In this document: piece by piece, positions 47,267 to 62,221 of the stretch | How the letters are laid out: each line of letters opens with the position of its first letter | Position numbering within the stretch: the stretch's first letter is position 1 | Origin: Eutreptiella sp. 'Long Island Sound 2002' | Lineage: Eukaryota; Protista; Euglenida | Direction of reading: 5' to 3' | Length of the DNA stretch: 64,000 nt | NCBI GenBank assembly: GCA_964036045.1 | Contig: OZ038378.1 | Span: 26,040,001 to 26,104,000, forward strand | The notes under the pieces: model-generated | Seen by the model: the letters and a program-made list of their open reading frames with translations, nothing else | The model's database searches: none | What the model was told of the DNA's origin: nothing | Position numbers and translations under genes: made by a program

Positions 47267-50200
47267 TGTCAATGATATCTTGGTGTTGGCAGTGTCTTTC
47301 CACCAGAAAGTCCAAAAAGGCAACGGGTTGTCAGACGGCAGAGGTCTCAGAAGCCCCCTGAAGAGAGGCGGACTGAGACCAGGATCGAGAACCTTGTAAC
47401 CCGAAAGCGCACAGGCTACGGACAGGTGTGCAAATTTTCAGGTGCAGCGTTGCGACGTGCGTCATCTCACAATGTCTATGAACACACCATTGGATTGGTG
47501 CCGCTTGGGCAGATGAACTCGAGTGCCCAGCCCCATGCAATTTTCAGTCCCTCATGTCTCATGTCGCACAAACACAAGGGTACTGATGACCTGGGATCAA
47601 TTGCATGACTGAAAAACCCATGTGGGATGGCACCTGCGAGGCTTTCGAGCAGCGCGATCTTCTGGTGCGCTGAAAATCATCGGTAATTGAACTTAAAAAA
47701 AACGCACGTCATAACAAAATAAACACCCACGCAGGGCTGTCTTGTACATGCCAAAGACAGACTCCCTCTGTTACAACAAACAGTAGTGATACCAGACAGC
47801 AGTGGCATGCACGCCCATGCTCTCAACAGGGGCATAATGCGGTAACATTAGAAGAAGACACGAGTCTTCATACCCGCTGCTGCGCCGTTTCTGGACGACA
47901 TATGTTGCAAACATCGCCACAACAATCATAGTAGCCACTGGCAACAGATTCACCATGCCTGCCCCTGTAGAACGTGCAGTCCCGAAAGATGAAATGACAA
48001 AGCGCGCAGGACCCAAAGCCTCAGAAGCCTCATACATATTGGTGACCTTGATGGGTCAGGTTGCAACAAGGGCCGCGTGCCACATTAAAGGTCTCACAAG
48101 AAAATGAAAAAGGCAGGCACCCACTTTTTGGCTTAAGGCACAGCACTTGGCCAACCCAGATTGGGAAGGGGGGGAAGTCACCCCGAGGTGGCAGTGGGTT
48201 AGGGCTGTTTTTTTCAGGTGAGTGCCTTTTTCACTTGGGAATCCCACTACCCCCCCACCCCACCCCCTGGGTTGCGCCAAAATTGGGGTGGGTGGTCGAA
48301 GGTGTAGGGCTATTGGTCCTCATTTTCAAGGTGCCGAAGGTATCGCAAGAAATTTTTCTTCGTGTTCAAAGTATGTTGGGGGTTTCGGGGGTCGGCAGTT
48401 GGGTCCCCTCCTACACTGCACTACACAAAGGTCTGGTGTGGCTCCTGGGGTCTGAGTTTGGAGGTCCAATCTCTTAGGCCTGGGCCTTCAGTTTCTGGTT
48501 TCTGGTTTCAAGCTGTGGGGTTTGAAGGCCCATGGGGCTTGGGGTGGGTCGTTGGGGGTTCAATGGGGTTTGCAATGGAGTTGTAGTGGAAAGGAACAGT
48601 TTCACACATGCCTGGGGGAGGGGGATTGTCATTTCGCGACCGTTCCTGCCAGGGATTGGGGGACCGTCGCGCGTTCTGCAGGGACTGTTCACGGGGGCGT
48701 GGGGTTCAATGCAACGTTGAAATCCAGCCAACCATATCATGGCAGATGACAGGTAATTGCTCCACTCAATGCCTCCGGATGCAGCTGAAACCTTTGCTAG
48801 AGGCTGCTGGATGCGGTTAGGGTGGCTCATATGTTTCATTCATGGCACTCTCTTGGGGTTTTGGAAGAAACACTATATCTTCTTCCATAGTACCAAACTG
48901 CCCCACCCCTTTGCAATGGGGGATGGGCATCATGCACCACTGTTTGGCCCCTACACTTGGACTTGAGGAGAGAGTCATGCAACATGAACAACACGGCTTG
49001 CTTTTTTGAAGAGCATGAACATCTTTTTTGCCCACTACTAGGAATTTGTAAGGCAAGCCACTGGCGCCGCATTGCTACTCCGTGTACAACACTCAAGCAA
49101 GAAAGCAGGTGGATATTACATGCCTTGCAAGGCTGATTTCAATAGAGCGCAATGTCCTTTCACCCCCACGTGTAATATGGAGTCACGACACGTGGAGCTT
49201 CTTGGGTGTCCCAACATTTTCTTCGTAGTGTTGCCAAATGTTGTTGTAAAATAGGTTAGAAATTCACCAACCATTCCAAAAATTTGTGCTTACGTGCTGC
49301 AGCATCAAATTGAAACACTGTTCCCTCCAACAGAGGTCCATTTTCCAACTGAACGGTCATAGCCCAGTCATCTTCAAAATTCCTTCCAGGGTACCTGTAG
49401 AACAATCCTAGGAATGTGAGCTTGCACTCTTTGATATATCCCACTTTTTGGCAGCCAAGCTGCACGATGAATGGATGTGGGGACATTTAGAACTATGAGG
49501 GTAGCGATGTGTACTTGAAGCTTACTTGAGCATGGCACAACGGATTCTTGCCGAGGCTTCGACCAACCAACGAGCCATGGGGGGGGGGGGGGGCAAGCTC
49601 ACAATCCCACACTCATCGTCACAAGAGATGGTCCTCACATGCTCCTCCCCTTGCCAAAGAGGTGGGTGGGCACAAATTTCCAACCCGGTCGCCCTTCCAG
49701 AAATGTCTATTTGTGCTTCTTAGAGAGTGGATTTGACCTAGCGCGATGCTGCTCATGCAACACAATCAACAAATGGGCAAATAGAGCTAGGGCATTGAGT
49801 GGCACATAAACGCAAAAATCATATGCCAACCAACCTTGTGGTGGGTTGTCGTTGCCAAAGGTGGCCGGACGGCTAGAATCAATGCAAAATGCTAACATCG
49901 GCTTTGGTTTCGTGTTAAGGTTCAGTTTTCGGAAAAAATTGTGGGATATGGGTCTTGGAGCTTAGGTTTGGGGTTTTGTATTGGGCTCTAGGTAAATTGT
50001 GGGGTGGTCCCCAAATTCGAGGTGGTAGAGGTGGGTCTTGGAGCTCGACATGTTGGTTTAATTATTTGTGTTCTGTAGAAATGCTGAAACAGTTGGCGGT
50101 GCATGTGGGATAAAAACGGTGGACCGAATCCAATTTTTGCACAACTTAACATACAATTTTGGGATGTACCCAGTTCACCGGCAACCAATGCAATTCTTGT

Positions 50201-50591
50201 TGCCGCACCAAGCTTTCAAGCTGCATGTAGCATACACCAAAGCGAACGTTGGTGCACATTTTCTTCCACATGAACCTTTATATCTAAATGTATTGAATAT
50301 AAATATGTGGACGGTCGTGCTTCATGCTTCATCCCCCCCCCCCCTTTGCTAACCCGTTTATCAAGAGCCTAAAACGGGTACTATTGGTTCACCGCTGACT
50401 ACGAATTAGTCAAGAACCATTGACAACAAGCTAAACCTAATTGACTACCTTCCCGTGCGTCGTTTTTTTTTTGTGAAATGTAGTGGAACTTTTTTTTTGT
50501 TTTTTCTCCGTGGCGTTTGCACGGACTAAGGGCAACAACCGGGGACCCAAGGGCCAATCATTGGCAGCTAACTCGCCTTTCACTTAATGTG

Positions 50592-51250
50592 CAGTAGGTA
50601 GTCCGCGGATCACTGATCCGCGGGGGTCCAAACCCCCCCCCCCCAAAATGATCCGCGGATCACGGATCACCTACCCCATAAATCCCCCCCCCCCACTGCC
50701 TAGCAAAATGATCCACAATTTCCCGGACCATCCATGCAGGCACGTGATGATGCAACGGGCAGTAAGAGTAACACAGAGTGCAAGTACAAAGCACCATATT
50801 GATCCACCAATTTGTGTAAAAAAATGATCCAAAAATGTAAGTTCCAAAAAAGAAATGATCCACCGATTGATGTTCACAAAAATGATCCAAAAACGTAACT
50901 TCCAAACATAAGGGTGACATAGTGCAAGTGCAAAGCCACATATTGAACCAACAATGTGTGTTATAAATGATCCAAAAATGTAACTTCCAAATGTAAGTAT
51001 CACACAGCAACATATTGGACCAACAATGTGTCTAAAAAAAAAAGAACCCAAAATGGAAATTCACTTGTTCCAACAATTTAACTTCCAAAAAATGATCCAC
51101 AAGTCCACAAGACCATTGGCACAGAGTTAAATGGTCCAAGAATGATCCAAAAGTGATCCACAGATCACCACCCTTGAACCCCCCCCCCCCACTGCCTAGT
51201 GTTTGGATCAAAAATGATCCGGATCACCCCCCCCCGCTCCCCCTTGCCTG
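50592..51250. mobile_element. MITE-like element with about a dozen (AAA)TGATCC motifs and GATC palindromes
   Basis: Palindromes CCGCGGATCA-C-TGATCCGCGG (50603-50623), TGATCCGCGGATCA (50649-50662) and TGATCCGGATCA (51215-51226). Direct repeat C(n)ACTGCCTAG at ~50690 and ~51185. No TSD was found. Confidence 0.5.
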
Positions 51251-54200
51251 CCAAGTTTTGCTACAAATTAATGCCAACTCGCTCAAGGGACATAGCAATG
51301 GTATTTTTTTTCCGAAATCCACAAGTAGGCCGTGCTTATTACAAATGAGTGGGGCAACACATGCAAGGAATTTGCATACTTTGTGCACATTATAGGCAAG
51401 CATCATCATCCCGGCTCTCGTGGCCATCATGCTCAATCGTGGTGATGGGTGGCATGCATGTGTGGGTTTTGGGGTTGCCCGAGGTCAAACAAGACACACT
51501 AATGCACTATGGAATATGGGCTTACACAATCCATCATCAAGAGACTCCATAATTTGTGGATTCATGAAACAACACACAATCTTCCTTGTAGACGGGGTTC
51601 GTCACACCTTTCGTGCTTGCGTTGGATTGCATGTTGATGAGCAAAGATTGCGTGCGGGCCCACTTGTCCTTGTCGACACCTTGTCCAAAGTCTGCCGTAG
51701 CAAAGGAAGCAAAGGAACTACCCCAATATCTTTGTTTATGGTGAGCATAGACCGCCGTCTTTTGCAGTTCTACTTTTCAATGGTCCCATGTCAAGTGCAA
51801 AGGGCAACACAAACACGATGCGCAACGTTGTGTCATCCGCGAACATGAGCGCACCCCCACTCTAGCCATGGTGGCTCAAGGACGACCACGACATCCACAA
51901 AACATAGTACAAATATGAAAGACGGTGAAGTGTGACAATTGGCGGACCAAAACTAACACTTGAACTCTTGCCGAGGTTGTATGCACTGCTCCTCGCATTG
52001 TACAAAGGCATGGGCCCATTCCCTAACCCGAATGGAATTCTCCACATTGTCCACAACATCCAAAACACTGCCACAACGACCCCTTCTCGAAACCATGTCG
52101 ATGTGTGGCTGGCATTAGATGGAGGGCGTGGAGATCGGTGCAACGTGTGGCAAACTTGGATGCAAACCACAACAAAAGAGTAATTGCATGGCACAACTTC
52201 CGCGCAAGTTGGAGAGAAGAGAAACTTGTGTGTGAGCAAGCAAAAGTACATCCAACGAGGTGTAGGCAACTTTGAATGGAACACACGGTCAACCAAGAAT
52301 TGTAAACGATACACCTTTGGAGTGGCAAGGAAAGGGACAATACATCCACATATCACAAAACCTACATGCTTGGCAGGTATCCCGAAGTTGCACTCATCCC
52401 TCATTCGATCAACCATCTACAGAGGCATGGTCCACACCTTGCTCGTAATTTGTCGCAGCATGCGGGAGCGAATGGAGCGTTGATCGTTGGCTAAAAACGA
52501 GGAAGCGCACCAACGGAGCTGGGGGGAGGGACAAGCCGTATCAGCATGCCTCCGGTTTGCGTGCGTATGGAGATTAAGGCACAGACCAATCTCTTGATGG
52601 GGCAAATGCCATGACAACGCAACCTGGCCTCGAACGGCGGACTTTCCCATCGTTCCCGTTTCAATCATTTCATATTGTTACTACTATTGATTACCATGTC
52701 AATAGCAAGGTGTTGGGGTGTTAACACTTTCGCACTCGAGGGGGGTGGAGGGTCGTCCCAGGTGCTCAGCGGCGTTCCAAACTTCGAAAGTAGAATGGTG
52801 CGATCACTTGCGTGACATCTTGCACCCAAGCACGAAGAGAAGCGGGTTATGTGCAAGACATGCACGGCACCTCGTTCGCACGGAGCTTCGTGCTAGCAAA
52901 CCGGGAGTCGCTCGTAGGTCATACACCACATGACTCGAAGGAATGCTAAAAGCCATTGTGCTTCTTGTTATGTTGACGGCATTGGTGCAACTCCACAACA
53001 GTATGCAAAAAACTGCCGAGGCAACCACCATCCGGAAAAGTAAGGAGGATCTCGTACCATGCAACAACGTATCTTCAAAATGGTCAAGACGCCCCAAGAG
53101 TCGGGATCTTGGGGTTTGTGTCATGTTCGAGAAAGGCACTTCGAGAAAGCAAACAAGCTCATGTGAGGGGTCGACGTGTTGTCGCATTGTCGCATTGTGA
53201 ACATTCTTGCGTGTCATGCCCAAATGTCAGCAACATATGAAACTGGGGATGCGTTGCATACATGAAACAAGGGATGTGTTCCATATGCATCATCCGCATT
53301 TTGCGTGTGTGCTATCAACATGCACTCGTAGTCTTGGGAAAAGTTGACGACTTTCTTGGAACAAAAGTACCAACTTGCACCGATGACTCACCCTTTCCTC
53401 AACTTGAATAGCACATGAAGTGCCGCAAGTGTCGAACCCAAGATCGCACCAAATGGCTCGGTGACTTATGAGGGTTCATTCAAAAGCCGGTGACTACTTT
53501 GGTAATCCGTCTTGGCCCTACTCACGACTCACGATTTGATCGACTAAATCAAAAAGAAAGCACGAGTCCAACACTAGCCAAAGAGGCATTCTCGGGGCCA
53601 TCACCTCCCAAGGTCAAGGTGTGCTCATGGAACTAATGTCACATTGATCCAAATGTGTCGTCGTCTCCAGTTTTTGCGCATTGTTGATGTGCACCAACGG
53701 GGACACTCAAGTTCCCTTTTTTTAGTCTCTCTTAGCGAATTGTTGCTTTGTCACACGTTTTGCTAGTGCCCATTGACGAGCCCATTAGGTGACTCTGCAG
53801 CAGGCCGTCGCATGTCATGAAACCATTTTCGATGGAGCTTGTGGGAATAACGGCGCATTGACCGGCTAAATGTACAAGTAGGTGCGTGCATTCTAAGTTC
53901 GAAAGCAAACGACTTTCTTTTCTTTTCGGTGTCCGAAATTTCGCATTCTTTTGCATCGTTTCGTAGTCATAATCTCCCAAGGTTTGTCCTTCCCAAAACC
54001 AATACCGAACTTGTTCTTGATGCTACAACTTCAAACAAATCGAGCAGTTTGGAAAGATTGTTTTGAAACCCGTGATCCATGTTCTTGTGTGGAAGGGTTT
54101 CACCTCTAGATGACACCTTCTTCAAACCAGGGGAGGAAGTGAAGGGAAGGCACTTTTCGGCGTTTGGCGACCTCATGTGAGGAGAAGATTTGAAGCGGAT

Positions 54201-56774
54201 GCATGATATCATGATACCATCCTGCTGTTGAAATATAGCTCAATGAATTTGCTCCTCAACGCTCAATGCCGCGGCATTGGGTCTGCCTAATCCGCCGGGA
54301 TCGACCCCTTGAGCAGATTCAGGATGGATACTACCATGGATAATCCCCCACCACAGTGAACTCAGTGCCGCCCAGTGGATGCAGTTTGTGCAGCAGTGTG
54401 TACTCCAAGACTGTACTCTGTGTCACTTCTGGTGTATAAAGTCCAATTTACAGGCCTGATTTCTTACCAGTTAAAATGACCGGCGCCGCCAAAACATCGA
54501 GAAAACACCTTTTGTGAATCACTGGTGGTGCAATTTCCTTGATTTCAGGTCGCTTTAAGCGTTTTTCAATCTTCCCACCACAAGCAACGGACAATCGAGT
54601 ACATTCCTTGGAGTCTTGGCTCTCTTTAACCAAAAAACCAAAGGCCGCTTGGAGCGCTTGGAGCGGGGCGTGCCCCGCGTCCAAGTGCGCCAAGCGGCTT
54701 CACAGGTCTCCTTTTTGGTTTTTGGTGCCTTTTTGAGTGTGTTTCGTCACAAATTGACTGTTACACAACTATATCTACATCCCTAAAGCATACACTCTAC
54801 GTGCTATACCTACACCTTTGTCTAGTGCAACTTGACCCTTGTTTGTTTGGCAAATGGCGATTTTAGCTCATCGCCGAAGGTCTCACCTTCTGACGCCCAT
54901 AAATGAGGCAATCTGGCACCAAATCTGGAAATTTTTATATAGGTGAGTAGCTTGGGTCTCATTCTATCGATCTGTGCATACAAATCCAGAAAAGACCACA
55001 AATTCCAAGAGAAATCCTTCCGACTGGGAAGGACGGGCCGTTTTGGGTTCCGGGTCAAAAATCGGCGGCAGCCAAAAGATAACCGTAAAATTTGAACGCG
55101 GGTGTAAATCAATTAACAGCCGCTGGTTCTGGGGCATTCTTATTAAAAGACGCGGAAGCAAAACGCGAACACAAAATCAAACCATTATTATTAGCGTCTT
55201 TAACCACACTTTCCCCAGACTTCCATCAATACAGACATTGTGCTATGCACACTGACTCTTGCTTTGGGCACTTCCCGAAACGCACCCCATGCGCGTGCAC
55301 TCATCCCTATGTTTTCGACGTTGGTGACCTTGAGATGGCCTAGTGGTCATTGTATCCTTCTTCCTCGGGTGCTAGACGATGGCCATGAAAAGAACGCAAG
55401 ACACGGGCAACCACCGGTGGCACATCAAATTGTGAAGCCACTGGAGGATACCCATTTTTGCACCAGGCTTTAACATGAAGGTCACGAAATACTTTTTGGG
55501 CCTCACATGCACGACGACGGACATCAAAAATGGGAACACGAACCGGTTTGCCACGGCAGCAAAATTTGTCCCTTTAGACCCCACCGCCACTATTTTTTCA
55601 TAGTCATGACGTCATCTGCCTATGCAACCGTTACTTTCGGGTGCAAAACCGTTTTTTTCGCTTAAAATAAAAATGTGGTGAAAACTACTTTCAAAGAGCA
55701 AAGAGCACAAGAAAATATTTGTGCAGAGGGGTCACAACCCATAGTACACTTGTGTGGAGCCCTCAAAAGGGGGTTTTTGGCCAAAAAAGGGCATCTCAAG
55801 CGCTTGCGACCCCCTGCGACCGTCACCCCAAAATCACATTAGTGCTTGAGCCGAAGGCCAATACTTTGCACCATGGAGCGATCATGCTCACTTGCTTCAA
55901 AAGCATCAACCAACTCTTGACAACCTATCAAGTGCGCAAGTGCTTCCCAATTCAAAGAGTCCTCTTGTTCCTCTCCGCGATTCAAATATAAGAGACCCAG
56001 TACACTTTAAGAGACCCAAGCCTTTGCTTGCAGGTGAAAAAATTAAGAGACCCTGGACTACGGTCACGGGGGGCTACTGTCGTGAGCCGTGGAGGCCACA
56101 TGCCACAATTTTTTTGTTGTGTCGTTCAACCTCATTAGAAATAAAGGAAGGTTGTGTGCGCCTCACAAATTTGCATGATGATGATGATCCACAATACGGT
56201 GCTGGTGGGACTACGGCAATGCCCCTCTTGGCACACCAAGGGGTTCGCTAAGTTGGTTGCAATGGGGCCACTCGTGGATTTCGAAGCATTGTGAGATGTC
56301 CTTTTTCTTGGGGAGCACGGAACACGACATGTCTAACATTTTTAATTCTAGTTTGGGGTTACCGGAGGTAGTCAAGTGGGCAATCTCGGAGTTCAAAAAA
56401 GGGTGGAGGGGGAATTTATTGTGGTTTTCACTCTCGAAAGGGTGGAGACGTCGGGACACGATTGGGAAGTCTTATCAACGCCTTTTGCGAGGAGTTGGCG
56501 AGCAGGTGGACTAGGTGCTAGGTCAAGTATGCCAAGTGGTACGCAAGTGTGAAAAAATCCTCCATCTCTTGTGTATGGAACAAGAGCCCGCGGTTTCTCG
56601 GCAACTGCAAGCTCCATGTTGTACACCTCAATCAAAGAACCAATCAATTTGCTCCAAAAGTAACATCGTTTGAGCTCATGTTGATGTCCCGCACGCATTT
56701 GTATCCAGGTGGCTCTTTTTTGTTTCAAATTGCACAGGACTACCCCCCGAATTCCCTCAAGACAGCACACAAGC

Positions 56775-59700
56775 ATGCCTGCTAAGCGCGCACCGCAGCC
56801 ACCACCAAGGCCATCCGGGCGTGCACATGCTCGACAAGTATGTTCCTCGTGGACATTGCATTCATCTTTGCACTACATGACGGTGTGGTAACCCCATGCT
56901 TCTTTATCGATGTGTCGCGCGCATCTAGGTGTACGTAGTGTCATGTGTCACGGCGTCCGTGACGGCATACGTAATGCCAAAGGCCATGGCGTGCCTTGTA
57001 CACGCCGGTTGTCTTCATCCAGCCCTTAGTGTCATATGTTACGGCGTGCATAGTTTCCGCTACATACACAATTGCTTTCAATCTCTTTGCGACAGGCGAG
57101 AGAGGCAACCAAGGATTATTGGCAAAATTTTCTGAACATGCAAAGTATGGCATTGTTGAACAAATCGAAGGCGGGCTCATCACATGGGGTTGCACTGCCA
57201 CTCCCCGAAGCTTACCCAGAATTGAACAAAGTGAGGCCCCAAGCACCTTCGTTTAGCTTGTCGAGCCGCCCTCCGAAAAGCAAGGCAAACGACACTCCTG
57301 GACCAGGTATCAGTCTCTTGTATTGCCTTCTTGCAATGGATCGTCGTCAAAAGTTGATTTTGTAATCTCAAATCATTCAAAAAACGATGAGAATTACTTG
57401 GGCTATCAACCATTCCTAGGGTATGCAGGTCTAGTCGTGAGAAGAACACCTAGATGCAAGCATGACAAATAGCAAGAGTGACCGCAACAGTTCCTCATGA
57501 CTGTGTTGAGGGCCCCTGAGGCCATGCTCCTTGTTGGTAGAACCGACATTTGCAAGTTACCGCTGCACACCAGATCACTTTAGTGCAAACGTTTGCTCGC
57601 ACCTTTTTGTTGCTTTGTGCTGTGTGCGATGATGGCTTCCACGAACTTACTCCGGAAATCGGGGGCGGTGATATGTGGTATATGATAAAGGTGATCAAGT
57701 GATAGAGGTGGTTACAGTAAACCTCAAAGGGCACTTAGTGCAAAAAATTGGGCACTTGGATGCCTCAGCAACTTGGCATTTCGTGCACGTGAGAGGAGGA
57801 AATGGGCTTTTCTCGAGGCAGCCGCCAACTCCTAGCCCGGGTGTGCGTGCGAGACATTCTACTTCGCGAGAACATCGTTGCCCACTCATCCCCCCTGCCC
57901 CTGATCTCGTACCTCGTACCCATCCAACATCACAACATCAGGTGCGTATTCACCCGCACCTCCAAGAACCAAAGTGTGCCCAAGGATGGCTCCCAACGTT
58001 GGGGCCTATGTCCAGCGCCATGTTGACCCTGGGCCAGGCTCCTATGATGTGAAACTGAGCAAAGGGCGAACCACGGTCATTGGACGTGGTGCCGCTGAAA
58101 TTGCCGATGCCAACGTGAAGGCCAACCTGGAGAAACTCAAGGAGGCAAAACAGACGCCAGGACCTGCAGACTATAACCTCCCTCCCCATGTTGGAAAGGA
58201 AGGCCGATGGTGCACCTTTGCAGGTACTCGACTGCTACTTCGATTTTTAAGCATGTTCTTTGGAACACGTACATTTCCAGTTGCCTCCAAAGGGTCCCAG
58301 TTGCATGACGCCACCCCTTGTCAACTGAGACCGGTTCTTAGCCTTTCCTTGTTGTTTTTGTTCAGACCGGGGGGAACGGCACAGAGCTGTTAGAGTTCTG
58401 AAGACGTCAAAAATGGTGGTTCAGTGGCGGCTGATAGGTCGAGGGCCCCAACCAAAGAACGCTGGCAAAAGACCGTGATGTGAGGGAGTGGGCCAAGCTG
58501 TGGACGATGACCCAGGAACAGCGGCACCCCAAACGATGCTAACAATTGAGTGGGCGCACAACGCGATACGCGAACGGCAGAATGGGCCACGGTGGCAAGA
58601 GAGTGAACGCTGCCAAGCACGGAACAGAAAGCATTTGCACCCCGAAAAGCAAGAAAACAGCTTTTTGTGTGTCATGAAGGCAATGCAGACAAACCAGCAG
58701 GGAACAGCATGGCACGTCGCTTGCTGTTCAAATCTCGGTTTTAAGCGTGGTGGATGAGCTGTGCCGCTCATCGCTCACACCTCAGATCCAGCAACCGTAC
58801 GGGTGCTGTACCTCTGGGCGAGGAAAAAGGTTACCTTTGGCCCAATCACCACACCAAAGCATCACGCACCCTTGATGCTGGTGGAAGCAAATTCTTGTGC
58901 AACCAAAATGCACAATGATGACATGTGATAACAGTACTCCATGCGGTTTTTAAGCATGGCGAGGGCAAAGAAAAGTAGTAGTTCTCGAGTGAGCCAACAG
59001 TTGACGGGGCCATTGTTGTTTTTGTTCTTGTTGTTGTTCTCGTGCTCCTGCTCGTGCTCGTTAAGGTTTTTTTTCGTTGCCGTGGTCGTTCTTGTTGTGG
59101 TTGTTGTTGTGGGGACGTCGGTTTTGTTCTGTCTGCTTGACTGTCATATGATTTATGCTTTGTCCGGTGCGACATGAACAAAACACACACACCATGCTGA
59201 TGTGGCAATACATTTTTGGTGACCGTTGCATTTTTGGCATCTATTTCGAGGTCTTCTCTCCAGCTCGCTGGCTTTAACGTGCATGTTCATCTTGCTCGAT
59301 TTCGGTTTTCTTTGTTGTTTCGCAGCCTGGCGACGACCACACTTCAGCACCCTGCGCTTTGCTTAGTATTGCGCTGGTACCTTCTTTTATATGGTGGAGG
59401 GGATGGACAGTATTGATGCCATTCTAAAGCACTCGCTGTTACCTTGACCAACAAGCTGATCTGCCAATGAAATGGACTCTGGGCTCAAGTTCCCAGTCAC
59501 TCGGTCGCACACGAATGCAGTGGGAACGCGATGGGCGGACACCAGTGACGCAGCGGACGACAAGGCGGGCGAGCGAAGGGCGCGCGGAGCAACACGCAGA
59601 GAGGGCGGCGCGCGAGACACACCCAGCGGCGGAAGGCCGTAAGGAACGGGAGGAGACGTGGGCGCCCATACACTTGGCTTCTGCAGCGAAATGCCCGAGT

Positions 59701-60433
59701 CTCCGATGCCTGAAGCCTGACACACACATGCACACGCGCGTGCACGCACACGCACGCACACACACACACACACACACCACACACACATACACACACAGAG
59801 AGAGAGAAGACCCTGTCCGTTCATGGTACTGACTGCGGGCGTTCGGCCCCCAGCACAATGCAGTCAACGAGGTATCTGCACTCACCTACAAATGCAGGTC
59901 GCACACATACCCCAAAGAAGGCCGCTGCAGATATTCCTGGACCAGGGACTTACGAGATGCAAAACAACCATGGACCCGCTGCCACCAGCACCAAGAAATT
60001 CGGGTTTGGGGGCCGCCATCCTGAGCCCACAACCGATGCCGTCCGCTTCCCAGGCCCAGGTACAGCAGTGCAGCCCGTGTTGCAGGGGCAGGGTTTTGGT
60101 GTGCAGTTATCCCCCCCTGAATATGCCGCCGACTCATGCGCTGCCCATATCTATGGATACCTATGGCTGCTCCGTTCAATGTGGGATCTTTGCATCGCAC
60201 ATGCTGAAGTGTCCTTGTGGCAGCTGGGGCAATGTGCCACCTCAACCCAGTGCATTTCCATTCCCTCGTCCTCACAAACCGCCCAGATCTCTGCACTACC
60301 CGTGGTTTCTCCCTGCTATGTAGGCACCTACGTTGCTCCAAGTGATTTCGACCCTGCGGTCTCCATGAAGAAGGGGATTACCATCAAAGGCCGTGAGGCC
60401 ATTGATGGACGAGCTCCACCTGTGCTGCCATAA
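56775..60433 (+). CDS. SHIPPO/STPG (sperm-tail PG-rich repeat, ODF3-like) protein, 5 exons, 275 aa: join of 56775-56837, 57096-57306, 57942-58223, 59898-60059, 60324-60433
   Basis: GT-AG introns with consistent phases (828 nt). Repeats TPGPGAYSP, DPGPGSYDV, TPGPADYN, IPGPGTYEM and FPGPGTYV, with APSFSLSSR / KFGFGGR / ITIKGR linkers. Confidence 0.88.
59720..59806. repeat. (CA)n-rich microsatellite in STPG intron 3
   Basis: Directly visible. Confidence 0.9.
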
Positions 60434-62184
60434 AGGGCAGGCCCCCAGACATGCGGGTCCGTGGACATGTGATCGTTGCTTGTTGACCTCTCACTGTGGG
60501 GCAATGTCTGCTTTCTGCAATCGGACGTTTTGCCTTGTGTCTCGTTACACAGCCCATGCTGCCTCTGACAGGGCGCATACCGCCTTGTGCAATGAAAGGA
60601 GCCAGGGTCCATTACCATTCAACCCCTGTTTCCCTCGTGCACTGCCCCATTTCTTCCATTCCATTTCTTTGTTTTTGCTGGAAGCCAGTCATGCTGTAGC
60701 CATGACCGATCTGAGGTTTTGGTGTGACCTCATATCCTCCCCAAGGACCAACCGAATATAACCATCTTCCCTTTCAAGTACTCTTTCTTCCTCCCGGCTC
60801 CGACCGTATCTTCTTTTCATGTTGCATGATTTGTCTCCCTCTTCCTCTTTGATACAGAGCTTTCATGGCTGCCAGCTCCCCTAAACCGCTCCTTTCGTGG
60901 CCCCAGTGAATTTGGACTGTGTGTATCAGCAGCTTTCGATTGTACTATCAAGCTCCATGCATGCGATTGCTGGAACATACCCTATACCGTGCCCCAGACA
61001 TCTTCCTAAAGATTTCCTGTGTTGCCTGAGCAACACGCCCACACACATGCCATATGACGGCACCTCAGTGTATATGTGTAGTTCCCACTACCTCCTGAAT
61101 GGTGACCGCGCTTTGCTTTTTCCTTTCTGGCATCATTGCACAACATTGCCTCAACGTAATTTCATCCAAAGTGTGTAGGCATTTCATTTGCACTCTCCAA
61201 AGTGTGGTCTCTTCTCAGCCACAACCAGATGTGTTGTTAGCATCCATTCTGAAACGGCATTCTAGATTCCCCCCGACACACACGTAGGTCAATACGAGCA
61301 GCGCCGCAAGCCTCCACCCACGCACGATCTCCCAAGTGTGTGCAAATCCCCAGGACTTAGCCCCACCCCACTTTGTCTGACCGTGCAGACGATGGCACCG
61401 AATATGGGCACCATTCAAACCAAACCCTGTCATTTCCCCTGAGCAGCACCATGGGAATGCCCTACACACCTCTGGCTCGAGGCCAGGCTGCAGGATGAAG
61501 GATTGTTGTGGAAACGCATGAATCCACCCCCAAGTTGTGATGTCAGATGTCATCGCTGCAGTAGTCGTGCACAGGCATTTCAGCACGTTATTGCTTGCCT
61601 ATTCCCCTTTGTACTCCATAGGGCGGGTACCAGAACACCTTAACCCGAACGGAGATCTCATGATTTGTCCCACCAGTTTGAACCATGAAGGCAAGGAGTG
61701 CCGTCTGTCTCCGCCCCTCAAGCCACTTCTTTCACCCCTCCTCTGCCCACAAAATTTGAATGTCATATTCAAAAATGTTCGCAAAGAATCTGAAACCTTT
61801 CTCCTCTTCAAGCACAGTCTTCGCCCTCGCCGCACGCCAGTACAATATCATTCTCCAGTCTGAGTTGGGGTGGGTTGCAGCAGGAGAGATCAGGGAGGAG
61901 GCCGGTGTTATTTTGGGATGGAGGTTTGTAAATAGGAGGTGCGTTCTCTGTTCCTCCCTGTTTCGTGGGCAGTTGGCAGGCAAGGGAACAACAAATTCAC
62001 TAGCTCTGAGCTGGCTTCCTGGCCATGGATGCGTTCATGGGCATGGTGTGCAATTTGGTCATGCATTTCTACACCCACACACTCTACACACTACGCAAGC
62101 CCGCTGATTGCCTGTTCTGGTATCACACAGGGGGCGGGGCAGAGTCAGTACGAGGAAGAGGAAGAGCAGAGGGAGGCGAACAAG

Positions 62185-62221
62185 GAGGGAGGGAGGGAGG
62201 GAGGGAGGGAGGGAGGGAGGG
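62185..62221. repeat. (GGGA)n microsatellite
   Basis: Directly visible. Confidence 0.9.

Noticed and set aside
47400-56600. Many 60-180-aa ORFs between CorA and the STPG gene
   Set aside because: No consistent frame or domain is recognised. The region looks like decayed element sequence but no family could be named.
60060-60323. STPG intron 4 read through as coding (191-aa ORF 59858-60433)
   Set aside because: It has canonical GT-AG ends, and removing it restores the FPGPGTYV repeat; the open frame is incidental.
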